64,000 bases of DNA from Parcubacteria group bacterium Gr01-1014_20 (GTDB taxonomy: Bacteria > Patescibacteriota > Minisyncoccia > UBA6257 > 2-01-FULL-56-20): positions 2,455-66,454 of the forward strand of contig VMFW01000001.1 of NCBI GenBank assembly GCA_007376265.1, read 5' to 3'. The translations under genes were made by a program, and so were the position numbers. The notes beneath the pieces are model-generated. The model made no database searches, was not told where the DNA came from, and saw nothing but the letters and a program-made list of their open reading frames with translations. Shown here in pieces: positions 9,089 to 18,650 of this stretch. Every line of letters starts with the position of its first letter. Position 1 is the first letter of the stretch.

Positions 9089-10309
9089 ATGAAAAAATAC
9101 ATATTTTTGTTGGTGGCAATAGCCGGAGTAGTACTTCTTTTTGTGGGGGGATATTTCTTGAGGCAGGGCTTAGACCGAAGTCCCGAGGCTCCGGGTGATA
9201 CTTCGGAGGGCGGAAGCTTGCCAGGAGCTGGAGACCAAAATCTCCCCCCAGGTGATCAAGGGGGGCAACCGGCTGGTCCTCTGACTAACCCTAAAGACTT
9301 GGTTCAGGTTTTGGCCGGACCGGTTTTGGATTATTTTGTTTCGTCTGGGGGGAACATAGTTTACATCCAACCAGACGGACAGATTTTTGAAAGTAAAGGC
9401 GGGCAGGCGGCAGTTTTGAGCGGCACTAAGATAGAAAACTTGGCTCGTGCCGGTTTTTCATATAACGGCGAGAAGTTATTGGTTGTTTTTGGTCAATTGG
9501 GGCAGCTTCAGGCAAGTGTGTTTGATTTGAAGACGAAGGCCTGGCAGCCACTCACCATTTCTCCGGAGACGGCTGCCTGGTCGCCGACTGACGAAAAGCT
9601 AGCGCTCCTTTCGAGGACAGCGGGGGTGGCGAGCGTTTCAACCCTTGATTTGGCTAACGCCAAATCGAAGCCGATTGAGCTTTTTAAGATCAGGGCTTGG
9701 GATGTCGATCTCGGGTGGCCAGTTAAGAACAAGCTGCTCCTTAAAGAAAGAACGGGTTCTCGATCTGGGGGTTCGGTCTGGATCTACGACTTGGATAGAA
9801 AGACGATTAGCTCACTTTTGGCTCACAAAACTGGACTGCGATCAACATGGAATAGCGCGCTTACACTAGGATTGGTTTTCGGAATCAATGAGGCAAGTGA
9901 GGGCTCACTATCACTCGTTGACGGAGCTGGTGTCACTACTCGGGGGTTGGGCTTCAAGACCAGACCAGACAAGTGCGCCTTTAGCGAAAGAACGGAAACG
10001 GTCACGAGCACGGTAGGAGCTACTGGAACTCCGGCGAAGAAAACGACAACAAGGATTGTTAACCTACTCACCTGCGGAGTACCCAGAAATTTTTCTTCGC
10101 TTACGGATCTGGGTTTTCTGGACGATTACGACAAAGAAGGCCTCTTCACAGTTGATAGTGTTTACCAGATAAACCTGGAGGGTGGCTCTTCACAGGCTCT
10201 TTTTGACGATCGATCGAAAAGTTTAGATGTGAGTCAGGTGAAAGTATTTTCCAAGAAGTTTTACTTCGTAGACAGATACAGCGGGGGTCTTTATTCGGTG
10301 GCGTTGTAG
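9089..10309 (+). CDS. Membrane-anchored or secreted protein, possibly a beta-propeller/TolB-like fold
   Basis: ATG at 9089 gives MKKYIFLLVAIAGVVLLFVGG as an N-terminal anchor. Last gene before a strong terminator. Confidence 0.45.
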   Translation: MKKYIFLLVAIAGVVLLFVGGYFLRQGLDRSPEAPGDTSEGGSLPGAGDQNLPPGDQGGQPAGPLTNPKDLVQVLAGPVLDYFVSSGGNIVYIQPDGQIFESKGGQAAVLSGTKIENLARAGFSYNGEKLLVVFGQLGQLQASVFDLKTKAWQPLTISPETAAWSPTDEKLALLSRTAGVASVSTLDLANAKSKPIELFKIRAWDVDLGWPVKNKLLLKERTGSRSGGSVWIYDLDRKTISSLLAHKTGLRSTWNSALTLGLVFGINEASEGSLSLVDGAGVTTRGLGFKTRPDKCAFSERTETVTSTVGATGTPAKKTTTRIVNLLTCGVPRNFSSLTDLGFLDDYDKEGLFTVDSVYQINLEGGSSQALFDDRSKSLDVSQVKVFSKKFYFVDRYSGGLYSVAL

Positions 10310-10317
10310 TTTTATTA

Positions 10318-10353
10318 AAATCCCCTTCGTCGTCTCGACGAAGGGGATTTTTG
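10318..10353. terminator. Bidirectional rho-independent terminator
   Basis: aaatccccttcgtcg tctc gacgaaggggattttt forms a perfect 13-bp stem flanked by T/A runs, between convergent genes. Confidence 0.65.
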
Positions 10354-10356
10354 TTC

Positions 10357-10791
10357 TTATCTGATTAATTTTATGATGACGTGTCTTTCTTTGCTTAAGC
10401 CCGCGCTTTCGGTAGTGACTTCGGGGTGAACAGCTAGCGCCATATGAATTAGGCGTCTCTCATAAGAGTTCATAACCGGAAGAGATATGTTCTCGCCGGT
10501 AGCTAAGACTTTTTTAGCGGCGGCCTTGGCGAGTTCAACAATAAGGTTTTCTCGCTCCTGGCGATAATTGTTCACGTCGAAGACCGGGGGTGTTTGCCCG
10601 CCTCTTTTCGCGGCCATCTGAATTACATAGTTCAGGCTCTCAACGATTTGCGCGAGGTTGTCCTTCACGAGGGTCGGACTGTCGTAAATAAAAACTAGCC
10701 CGCGGTTTCGTTCGTTGTCGATCTCGACCCTAAAGTCTTTAAAGCCGATTAACTCAATTGTTTTTTTCACGAATGTTTCCCAGTTCTCCAT
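10357..10791 (-). CDS. jag: Jag/KhpB-like RNA-binding protein (KH plus R3H domains)
   Basis: R3H-type motif YERRLIHMAL; synteny rnpA-yidC-jag. Confidence 0.7.
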   Translation of the reverse strand: MENWETFVKKTIELIGFKDFRVEIDNERNRGLVFIYDSPTLVKDNLAQIVESLNYVIQMAAKRGGQTPPVFDVNNYRQERENLIVELAKAAAKKVLATGENISLPVMNSYERRLIHMALAVHPEVTTESAGLSKERHVIIKLIR

Positions 10792-11506
10792 GTTCTCGGT
10801 TGATTTTTTTGCTGATAACTTTTTGTTGAATAATGGTTACGAGCGAGGTGGTTAACCAGTAGAGCGCCACGGTGGCCGGGAGACCGGCAAGGACGATAAT
10901 CGTAAACCCGGGGGTAATAAAGACCATCTGGCGACCAATTTTCTCGGCCTTAGTCGCTTCGTGCCCCGGTTTCTGGGGGGGGAGGGATAGCTTAGCTTGA
11001 AAGTACTGGGCGAGAGCAGCCAAAATCAGAACTATAAAGTTATTTCCCACGATACTACTTTCTTTTAGGTTTATCAAGCCCAGGAAAGAAGTGTTTAAAT
11101 CTACCGGCGCTTTCACAAAACTATAAAGCTCGGCGAACGTTTCGGGGGTGAAGCTCGATCGGGCGATTTGGAAAAGGGCGATGATGACCGGCATTTGAAC
11201 CAAGAGGATGAGAATGCCAGAGAAAGGTTTGACGTTATGTTCTTTGTAGAGCTCCATTGTGGCCTGGGCTTGTTTTTCGCGATTGCCTTTATGGACCTCT
11301 TGGGCTTTGCGAATTTTTGGCTGGAGCTTTTGCATTTCATTTTGATGACGGACATTTTTTTGAAAGAGCGGGTAAAGAATAATCCTAATGAAGATAGTGA
11401 GGAGAATAATGGCTAGACCAAAATTTTGGAATGCAACGGTGTTGTAAAAAAGGATTAGGATATTTAAAAGCGGCTCGTGGATTAAGTTGTTGTACAGTTC
11501 TATCAT
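10754..11506 (-). CDS. yidC: Membrane protein insertase YidC (short form)
   Basis: Polytopic, 250 aa, sits between rnpA and jag. Confidence 0.8.
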   Translation of the reverse strand: MIELYNNLIHEPLLNILILFYNTVAFQNFGLAIILLTIFIRIILYPLFQKNVRHQNEMQKLQPKIRKAQEVHKGNREKQAQATMELYKEHNVKPFSGILILLVQMPVIIALFQIARSSFTPETFAELYSFVKAPVDLNTSFLGLINLKESSIVGNNFIVLILAALAQYFQAKLSLPPQKPGHEATKAEKIGRQMVFITPGFTIIVLAGLPATVALYWLTTSLVTIIQQKVISKKINREHGELGNIREKNN

Positions 11507-11526
11507 TTTATTATTTTCCTCTCCGC

Positions 11527-11856
11527 TTACTTTGCTCTCTGGCTTTTCAATATCCCCCCTAAAAGTTCGGAGAGCTCGTCTTTGAGGGTAGGTTCGGGGT
11601 CGCTAGCTTTTTTGCTGTACACGAAAAGGATGTTTAGTCCGAGGTTGGGCCAACCCTTGAGGCCTTCGTAGATTTCTCGCTTCAAGGAGTGGCGTCTCAC
11701 CGCGCTTTTTTCAACCCGAGCGGCGATCGAAACTCCAAACCGGTTAAATTTTGATTGGTTTGGCCAAAATTTTAAAGTGAAATGCGTAGATCGAATAGAG
11801 TGGTGGCCACTGGATAAAAAATCTTCGGCTGAAAGCCGATATTTTTTAGCTAACAT
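11527..11856 (-). CDS. rnpA: RNase P protein component
   Basis: 109 aa basic protein (ARVEKSAVRRHSLKR) located downstream of rpmH. Confidence 0.85.
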   Translation of the reverse strand: MLAKKYRLSAEDFLSSGHHSIRSTHFTLKFWPNQSKFNRFGVSIAARVEKSAVRRHSLKREIYEGLKGWPNLGLNILFVYSKKASDPEPTLKDELSELLGGILKSQRAK

Positions 11857-11866
11857 GGGTCCGCCG

Positions 11867-12001
11867 CTAAACGGTCAGCTTTTTTCTTCCTTTTGCTCGA
11901 CGCCGACTAAGCACGCGTCTTCCCCCGGGCTTTCTTTGTCGCTTTAGAAAACCGTGGGTTCTGGCTCTTTTTCTTTTTTTAGGCTGATATGTTCGTGACA
12001 T
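11867..12001 (-). CDS. rpmH: 50S ribosomal protein L34
   Basis: Hand translation of the minus strand gives [44 protein letters not shown] (44 aa). Too short to appear in the ORF track. Confidence 0.85.
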   Translation of the reverse strand: MSRTYQPKKRKRARTHGFLKRQRKPGGRRVLSRRRAKGRKKLTV

Positions 12002-12152
12002 TTTCTGTTTGATTGCTTTATTCTAGATAGTAGCATACTATTTGTGGGGTGTAAATCGTTAGTGGTTGTTTTCAAAAAGTTTTCAACAAGTAATCCCCAC
12101 TCGGTCGTTAAAATTTCTTTGACGGGGGCCAAATAGAAACTAAACTATCAGT

Positions 12153-13517
12153 ATGGATTTAAATCAACTTTGGCAGTTAGCTTTAGAAGAGATGCGGGTT
12201 CAGCTTTCTAGGGCTAGTTTTGCGACCTGGCTCAAAAGTAGCCGCTTAGTTGATAGGAAAGAGGGGGTTTTTTACATCAGCCTTCCAAATGACTTTACAA
12301 AGCAGTGGATAGAAGAAAAATATCAGAAAAATATACTGGGAATTATCAGAAACCTTGATAGCTCAGCGAGGAAGCTCGAGTTTATCGTGGCGGGACACGA
12401 GCCAAAGATCATATCCAAACGAGACTTAGAGATTGATCTTAATCGGTTTGACAATCAGATAGACTTGGACTTCAAGGTAGACCCAGAAACCAACCTTAAT
12501 CCTCGATACACACTGAAGTCTTTCATTGTGGGATCTTCGAATGAGCTCGCGTATGCGGCGGCCTCGGCCATTGCCCAAGAGGTGGGCAAAAAATACAATC
12601 CTTTCTTTATCTATGGAGGGGTGGGCTTAGGCAAGACTCATTTAATCCAGGCGCTCGGAAATGAGATTGTGGCTATTTATAAGGGCAAAGTTAGGCCGAA
12701 GTATGTTTCTTCTGAAAAATTCACCAGCGATGTGGTTTGGGCGATCCGGAACAAGCGGATGGAGGATATTAAGAAGAAGTACCGGGACGTGGACGTTTTA
12801 ATAATTGATGATATTCAGTTCATTGGAGGTAAAGAGAAGACAGAGGAGGAATTTTTCCACACCTTCAACGCCCTCTACGAGAACAACAAGCAGATAATCA
12901 TTTCTTCCGACCGGCCACCTCAATCCCTCCCCACCCTTCAGGAGAGGCTTCGATCTCGGTTTGAGGGGGGACTAACGGCGGATATTGGTTACCCGGAATA
13001 CGAAATGCGGGTGGCAATCATTAACAACCGCCTCCAGGCTGGCGGAAGACAATTAGATGAGAAGGTGATCGATCTCGTGGCCAACTCAATAAAGAGAAAC
13101 ATAAGGGAACTAGAGGGGGTTTTGAATAAGATTTTATTTTACCAGGACAGAAAGGGGGTTCCGATTAGTGAGAAGATGGCGATCGAGATAGTCGAGAAGT
13201 CTACCCAGAACTTCTCTAAGCGAATAAGTGACGAACACATACTAAAAACGGTTGCCTCATTTTATAACGTTCAACTTGCCGATTTAGTGGGTCGTTCCCG
13301 GAAGAAGGAGATGGTGGAACCGCGACAGGTGACGATGTATTTGCTTCGGGATATCCTCCGGATGTCCTATCCATACATTGGGGAGAAGTTGGGGCGAGAT
13401 CACACAACAGTGATACACTCTTTTGAGAAGATAAACCACGAGATAAATAAGAATTCTCCCTTTAACCAGAAGATATTATTAATAAAAGAGGCTTTGTATA
13501 ACGGAAATAAACAGTAA
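12153..13517 (+). CDS. dnaA: Chromosomal replication initiator DnaA
   Basis: AAA+ Walker A GGVGLGKTHL, box VII, and a C-terminal DNA-binding domain. Confidence 0.95.
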   Translation: MDLNQLWQLALEEMRVQLSRASFATWLKSSRLVDRKEGVFYISLPNDFTKQWIEEKYQKNILGIIRNLDSSARKLEFIVAGHEPKIISKRDLEIDLNRFDNQIDLDFKVDPETNLNPRYTLKSFIVGSSNELAYAAASAIAQEVGKKYNPFFIYGGVGLGKTHLIQALGNEIVAIYKGKVRPKYVSSEKFTSDVVWAIRNKRMEDIKKKYRDVDVLIIDDIQFIGGKEKTEEEFFHTFNALYENNKQIIISSDRPPQSLPTLQERLRSRFEGGLTADIGYPEYEMRVAIINNRLQAGGRQLDEKVIDLVANSIKRNIRELEGVLNKILFYQDRKGVPISEKMAIEIVEKSTQNFSKRISDEHILKTVASFYNVQLADLVGRSRKKEMVEPRQVTMYLLRDILRMSYPYIGEKLGRDHTTVIHSFEKINHEINKNSPFNQKILLIKEALYNGNKQ

Positions 13518-13663
13518 CCATTATTAAACAGGTTAATAACATGTTTTTTTACTTTTTGTTTTCAATTAAATAAAATTTCTCTTTGTTTGTGGGCGCCAAA
13601 AACCTTTTTATTTTTTTCTCCACAAGTTAACACCCTTAATAAAAATAATAATAATATTAATTT
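13518..13663. promoter_or_regulatory. Candidate oriC/DUE region in the dnaA-dnaN intergenic spacer
   Basis: Very AT-rich run aataaaaataataataatattaattta, plus a near-consensus DnaA box ttctccaca. Confidence 0.35.
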
Positions 13664-14776
13664 ATGGAAGTAGTAGTTATTAGAAATAATTTAAAGGATG
13701 GTTTGGGAATTATTCAGGGCGCGGTTGGAGATAATTTAAAGTTACCGGTTTTAAAGTACGCCCTTTTTGAGGCGGAGGCAGATCGGATTCGGTTTACAGC
13801 AACCAATCTTGAGATTGCAATGACAAGTATTGTTTCCGGAAAAGTAATTGAGAAAGGGAGGGTGGGTATTCCAGTTCTAACACTTCTAAGTCTAATAAAT
13901 AATATTCAAACCGAGAGAATAAGCCTTCAGGGTAAAGGGGGCCAAGTTAATTTAAAAACCGACAACTATGAGGCTATGATTCAAACAATTTCCCCCGAGG
14001 AGTTTCCCACCATACCAAAGCTCAAAGAAAAAAAGCGATTTTTTGAGATTGAGGGGGGGGTTCTCCGAGATGCGTTAACTCAAGTGGTGGTGGCGACGCA
14101 GTTTTCTGAATTAAGGCCGGAGCTTAATAGTGTCCTCTTTGATTTTTCCATCGATAGTTTGAGGTTGGCGGCTACAGACAGCTTTAGGTTGGCCGAGAAA
14201 ACTATCCCCAACAGCCAATTTAAGACAAACCAAGAGGATAGCGTGAGACTACTAATCCCCCTCCGAACCTGTCATGAACTCTTGAGAGTCATTAAAGAAG
14301 ACCCCGTGCGCATATATTTTGAGAGCAACCAGATCCTTTTTGAGGCACAGTCGTTTGAGTTCATATCGAGGTTGATTGAGGGAAACTTTCCCGACTATAC
14401 CCAGGTTTTGCCCAAAAAATTCGGATCGGAGCTTGTTTTAAACAAAGAAAAATTTATAAACGCCGTGAAGCTGGCCGGGGTGTTTGGGGGTCAGAATAAC
14501 GAGGTTAGATTGAAAGTTCTAGACGGGGGGAAGGCGGTGGAACTAAAGTCGTCAAACCAAGATGTGGGTGAGAATCGTTATGTGCTTCCGGCCAAAGCGT
14601 CTCGCGAGACCGGGGAGGTAGTTTTCAATGGCAAGTACCTCTTGGATGCTCTCCGGGTTTTGAGAACCGAAGAGGTTTTTTTGGGGGTTAATGAGGAAGA
14701 AAGAAGAGCCACCCTCCTCAAATCACCAAACGAGAGTTCTTATTTCTATATTTTAATGCCCATTCTTAAGGCCTAG
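13664..14776 (+). CDS. dnaN: DNA polymerase III beta sliding clamp
   Basis: 370 aa, directly after dnaA. Confidence 0.9.
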   Translation: MEVVVIRNNLKDGLGIIQGAVGDNLKLPVLKYALFEAEADRIRFTATNLEIAMTSIVSGKVIEKGRVGIPVLTLLSLINNIQTERISLQGKGGQVNLKTDNYEAMIQTISPEEFPTIPKLKEKKRFFEIEGGVLRDALTQVVVATQFSELRPELNSVLFDFSIDSLRLAATDSFRLAEKTIPNSQFKTNQEDSVRLLIPLRTCHELLRVIKEDPVRIYFESNQILFEAQSFEFISRLIEGNFPDYTQVLPKKFGSELVLNKEKFINAVKLAGVFGGQNNEVRLKVLDGGKAVELKSSNQDVGENRYVLPAKASRETGEVVFNGKYLLDALRVLRTEEVFLGVNEEERRATLLKSPNESSYFYILMPILKA

Positions 14777-14800
14777 GGCATTGGGGCGGTGCAGGGCAAT

Positions 14801-17206
14801 TTATCTATATATGATAACCCCCTCTTTGCTTCTGGCGGTTTTTTCATCAATAACTTCGATTTCGAGCAGGTTTTGGGCTTCTAGTTGCAGGGAGCTTAGC
14901 TGTAGGGAGAAGCTGTAGTTTTGTCCATAGGCTCCTGAGTTTTTGTAGACCAACTTACCATTTAAATAAACATTGATTTCTACTATGTTCGCTCCCGAGG
15001 TAAGGTTGGCTTGAAGGTTGATTTGGCTTGAGACGAATGACCCAACGCTTGGGCTGGTGATTTTGATTTGAGGAGCGTATGAAGCGCTAGGATTTGCTGT
15101 TGGTAAAATTCCTGGCTGGTTGTAGAGGGTGAAATCAGAAAGGTTTTTCTGGGCCCAATCAATGACTCCCGCCTCCCAGTTTTTAAATTGAGGATCTCTT
15201 CCTGGATCCTCGGGATATGGACCATCAGGGTTTTCCCGGTCAACGTAGTAGAGAATTGAGTGGATGACCTTGTTGTTTAGGTAGTCTCCTCGCAAGACCG
15301 GTTTTTGGGGAGTGGGGGTTTCGGGCTTGGTGAAGGTTTCAAGGGGCGAGTCTTTTAGGGCTTCACTCATAAACGCGTGCCAGATTGGTATGGCGGCTAA
15401 GATGCTTGAACCCCGCTTCTCCATCGGGGAGCTATCATTGTTTCCCGCCCAGACGCCCGTGACGAGGGTGGGGGTGTAGCCGAACGCCCAAGCGTCACGA
15501 TAGTCGTTCGAGGTTCCAGTTTTAAGAGCGACATCTTGGTTGAGGATGAGGGTGAGATAAAGGCTACTATGGTAGAGCCCAGCTCTTGCGTCTATGTCCG
15601 AGAGGATGTCGTTTACCATTCTTGGGTAGAGAGGGTCAACAACGACCTTGCTCTCTTCCCTAAACTGTTCAAGAACATTTCCTTTGTGATCACTAATTTC
15701 AAGAATGAATGTTTGGGGATGACTTTCGCCATCCTGGGAGAGGGTGGAGTAGGCGCCAACCATATCAATCAAGCGGACCTCTCCCCCACCCAAGACGAGC
15801 GACAAGCCATATCTTTTTGGGTCGGTGAGGGTAGAGATGTTAAAAGCGTTAGCGGTCGCGATGGCGTTTTTTAATCCCACTAGGTAGAGGGTTTTAACCG
15901 CTGGGATGTTAACAGATTGGGCGAGAGCATTTCTCAGACTTATCGGGCCACGGAAGGTTCCATCGAAATTTTCTGGGGTGTAAGCTTTTTCGGGGTTTTC
16001 CGAGGTGTCAAAATTGGTTGGAACATCGAACAAGACGGTGCTTGGGGTATAACCTTTTTCGAAAGCCGCTAAATAAACAAAAGGTTTCAGGGCGGAGCCA
16101 GGTTGTCTTAGGCCCTGGGTAGCCACATTGAAGTTTCCCTCGTTCGCGGTATCAAAGTAGTCCCTCGATCCAACAAGCGCCAGGATCTGCCCGGTTTTGG
16201 GGTCCTGGGTGGTCAAGGCGGCGTTTTTACCACTATAAAGCTCCTCATTCCTTTTTGCCCCCTCGAGAACCACCCGCTCAGCGATTTCTTGGAGTTCCCA
16301 GTCGAGAGTGGTGACCACCCTTAGTCCACCAGAGCGAACTAGATCCTCGCCGTATTTTTGAACAAGATAGTCTTGAACCGCAATTATAAAGTGAGGAGCC
16401 TTGATACCCTGGATTTGTTGGGGAGTGAAAACAATTTTCTCCTTTTTAGCGGCCTGAAGTTCTTTCTCGTCTATTTTTCCGAGCTCCCTCATTTTTTCTA
16501 ACACGAGGTCTTTTCTTCTTAGGAGTTCTTTCTGATGACTCCCCCAGGGCGAATAATAGCTTGGGGCTTTTGGTATGGCGGCAAGAATAGCGCTTTCGGG
16601 GAGAGTCAGGTCTTTTGCTGATTTGCTAAAATATGCCTGGCTAGCGGACTCTATGCCATAGAGGGTGGCGCCATAGGGAATTTCGTTGAGGTAGAGAGTT
16701 AAGATTTGGTCTTTGGGGAAGTGACGAGCTAGGCGAATAGCGAGGAAAAACTCTTTTATTTTTCGCGTGAAGGTTCGTTCGGTTGAAAGAAAGGCGTTCC
16801 GGGCAAGTTGTTGGGTGATCGTAGAGCCTCCCTGAAGGATTTTTCCTTTTGAGAGATTTACAAAGACCGCCCGGAGGATTCCGCGAACGCTAACACCCGG
16901 TTCGGTGTAGAAGTTTTCGTCTTCGATGGCGATCGTTGCATTTTTTAGGCTCTGAGGGATTTCTTCAAACAGGACGGAGGTTCTTTTTTGCCCATTAGAT
17001 ATTTCATAAAGGAGTACTTTTCCGGTTCGGTCAAAAATTTTGGTCGATTGAGGAATCTGCCGGTTAATAATTTGGTCGATTGAAGGGAGGGTTTTGTAGA
17101 GATAAATAAATGTTGCGGCAAGAATAAAAAGGCCACCGACGACAAAAGCGGAGAAGACCAAGATGAGGCGATGCCAATGTTTTTTGCGGGGTGTTTTTTT
17201 GCCCAT
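14801..17206 (-). CDS. mrcA: Class A penicillin-binding protein (transglycosylase/transpeptidase) with a C-terminal extension
   Basis: N-terminal TM anchor, GT51 motifs EDENFYTE and GGSTITQQL, transpeptidase motif SALKPF. The extra ~150 aa C-terminus looks like a beta-sandwich domain. Confidence 0.9.
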   Translation of the reverse strand: MGKKTPRKKHWHRLILVFSAFVVGGLFILAATFIYLYKTLPSIDQIINRQIPQSTKIFDRTGKVLLYEISNGQKRTSVLFEEIPQSLKNATIAIEDENFYTEPGVSVRGILRAVFVNLSKGKILQGGSTITQQLARNAFLSTERTFTRKIKEFFLAIRLARHFPKDQILTLYLNEIPYGATLYGIESASQAYFSKSAKDLTLPESAILAAIPKAPSYYSPWGSHQKELLRRKDLVLEKMRELGKIDEKELQAAKKEKIVFTPQQIQGIKAPHFIIAVQDYLVQKYGEDLVRSGGLRVVTTLDWELQEIAERVVLEGAKRNEELYSGKNAALTTQDPKTGQILALVGSRDYFDTANEGNFNVATQGLRQPGSALKPFVYLAAFEKGYTPSTVLFDVPTNFDTSENPEKAYTPENFDGTFRGPISLRNALAQSVNIPAVKTLYLVGLKNAIATANAFNISTLTDPKRYGLSLVLGGGEVRLIDMVGAYSTLSQDGESHPQTFILEISDHKGNVLEQFREESKVVVDPLYPRMVNDILSDIDARAGLYHSSLYLTLILNQDVALKTGTSNDYRDAWAFGYTPTLVTGVWAGNNDSSPMEKRGSSILAAIPIWHAFMSEALKDSPLETFTKPETPTPQKPVLRGDYLNNKVIHSILYYVDRENPDGPYPEDPGRDPQFKNWEAGVIDWAQKNLSDFTLYNQPGILPTANPSASYAPQIKITSPSVGSFVSSQINLQANLTSGANIVEINVYLNGKLVYKNSGAYGQNYSFSLQLSSLQLEAQNLLEIEVIDEKTARSKEGVIIYR

Positions 17207-17221
17207 ACGGTTAAAGTCTAT

Positions 17222-17256
17222 AAAAAAAACGAGCCCCGAACAACAATGCGCGGGGC
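17222..17256 (-). terminator. Rho-independent terminator on the minus strand
   Basis: gccccg N12 cggggc hairpin followed by an 8-nt U run on the minus strand. Confidence 0.5.
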
Positions 17257-17546
17257 GCGTTTCTTAGTAAATATTCTGTTTAAGGCGTTCCAGTTTCGTC
17301 TTCGAGGTCATCTTCGTCTAGCGAGGGGCTGTCGAGTGTTTCCAACTCTTCCTCCTCTCCAGTTTCGTCGCTTAAGAGATTTTCGTCCCAATCGCTCATG
17401 CGTAAGTCTTTAAGTTTACTATTCATAAAGGAACTCAATTTTCCGACCTTTGCTTAGCGTCGGGGCTGGAAGAGCTCGTTTCCGCCCGACGTAAGACTGA
17501 TTTTTCAGGATTTTGCTAATTTTGAGAAAAGTATATTTCTATTTGC

Positions 17547-18032
17547 TTATTTGTCAACCGGGGATAACCGCCGGGCCGAAGTAGCTAGGATCGCTAAGGC
17601 AAGAGCGTCCGTCACGTCGTCAATAACCCGTAACCCCGGCTCACCCAAGGTTAGCCTAACCATTTTGGCTACTGCTTTTTTATCAGCGAGGCCGTAGCCG
17701 GTAATGCCAAGCTTCATCTCATTAGGAGAGAACTCCCTCACTAATAAGTTGTTTTCGGCCGCACAGAGCAAAAGAACTCCCCTGCTTTCAGAGACCGCAA
17801 GGGCAGTTTTCTGGTTTTTTGAGAAATAAAGTTTCTCTATACCAAGAACTTCAGGCTCGAACTTTTTTATGATTGCTTCGAGTTCGTCTCTAATTTCCTT
17901 GTAGGCGATTGCTTTCGAGGAAGAGGTTATCTGAAGGAGGCCGGCTTTAATCATGGTCGTTTTCCCAAGGGACTGTTCGACCAAACCATACCCGACTCGT
18001 TTAAATCCCGGATCGATTCCTAGGGCAATCAT
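17547..18032 (-). CDS. ruvC: Holliday junction resolvase RuvC
   Basis: MIALGIDPGFKRVGYGLVE N-terminus with catalytic Asp. Confidence 0.9.
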   Translation of the reverse strand: MIALGIDPGFKRVGYGLVEQSLGKTTMIKAGLLQITSSSKAIAYKEIRDELEAIIKKFEPEVLGIEKLYFSKNQKTALAVSESRGVLLLCAAENNLLVREFSPNEMKLGITGYGLADKKAVAKMVRLTLGEPGLRVIDDVTDALALAILATSARRLSPVDK

Positions 18033-18583
18033 TTGGTGACGGTAAGATTTGGGTTTGAAAAGACCGATTGGATGTCGCTGTGTTTTTCGATGGCAGTGAC
18101 GAGTTTTTCAAGATCTAACCTGTCACCTTCTCTTAGTTCGTGATTGAACTTGGGACGCCACTCAGGGTCGTTTCCATCCTCGTTTTTATCAAAGGTCCAG
18201 AGCACGCTTCCTGGATTGGCCCACTTACCCTTGTTGTCACCGATGATTTTTTTAACTTCGGCAACAGTTCGGTTGCGGTTGTCGGTGATTGCTTCGATCA
18301 GGATAGGGGCGCCACCTGGCCCGTAGGCCTCGAGGAGGAGCTCTTCTAGATTTTGATTTTCTTCCGAGGCGCGCTTAATAGCTCGATCGATGTTTTCGTT
18401 CGGGACGCTAAAGTTTTTTGCTTTTTGAACGGCGGTTTTTAAGCGAGGATTAAAATTAGGATTTACGTCTGACTTGGCGGCGATAGAGATGGCGTTTAGG
18501 AGTTTCGAAAAAAGCTGTCCGCGTTTTTGATCAACAATATTTTTTCGATGTTTTATTTGTGTCCATTTATTGTGCCCGGCCAT
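18029..18583 (-). CDS. yebC: YebC/PmpR-family transcriptional regulator (short form)
   Basis: MAGHNKWTQIKHRK N-terminus; 4-nt overlap with ruvC. Confidence 0.85.
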   Translation of the reverse strand: MAGHNKWTQIKHRKNIVDQKRGQLFSKLLNAISIAAKSDVNPNFNPRLKTAVQKAKNFSVPNENIDRAIKRASEENQNLEELLLEAYGPGGAPILIEAITDNRNRTVAEVKKIIGDNKGKWANPGSVLWTFDKNEDGNDPEWRPKFNHELREGDRLDLEKLVTAIEKHSDIQSVFSNPNLTVTK

Positions 18584-18650
18584 ATCAAATGAATTATGCA
18601 GAACAGATTAGAAATTAGGAAGAGGGCGCCCGCGGTTCTGACCAGGTTTT

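Noticed and set aside
11944-12132. 62 aa minus-strand ORF between rnpA and dnaA
   Set aside because: It overlaps the hand-identified rpmH (L34) gene in another frame. L34 has an unmistakable conserved sequence, so the 62 aa ORF is spurious.
17171-17413. 80 aa plus-strand ORF in the ruvC-PBP spacer
   Set aside because: Arg/Leu-rich low-complexity translation with no start context; it overlaps the terminator hairpin.
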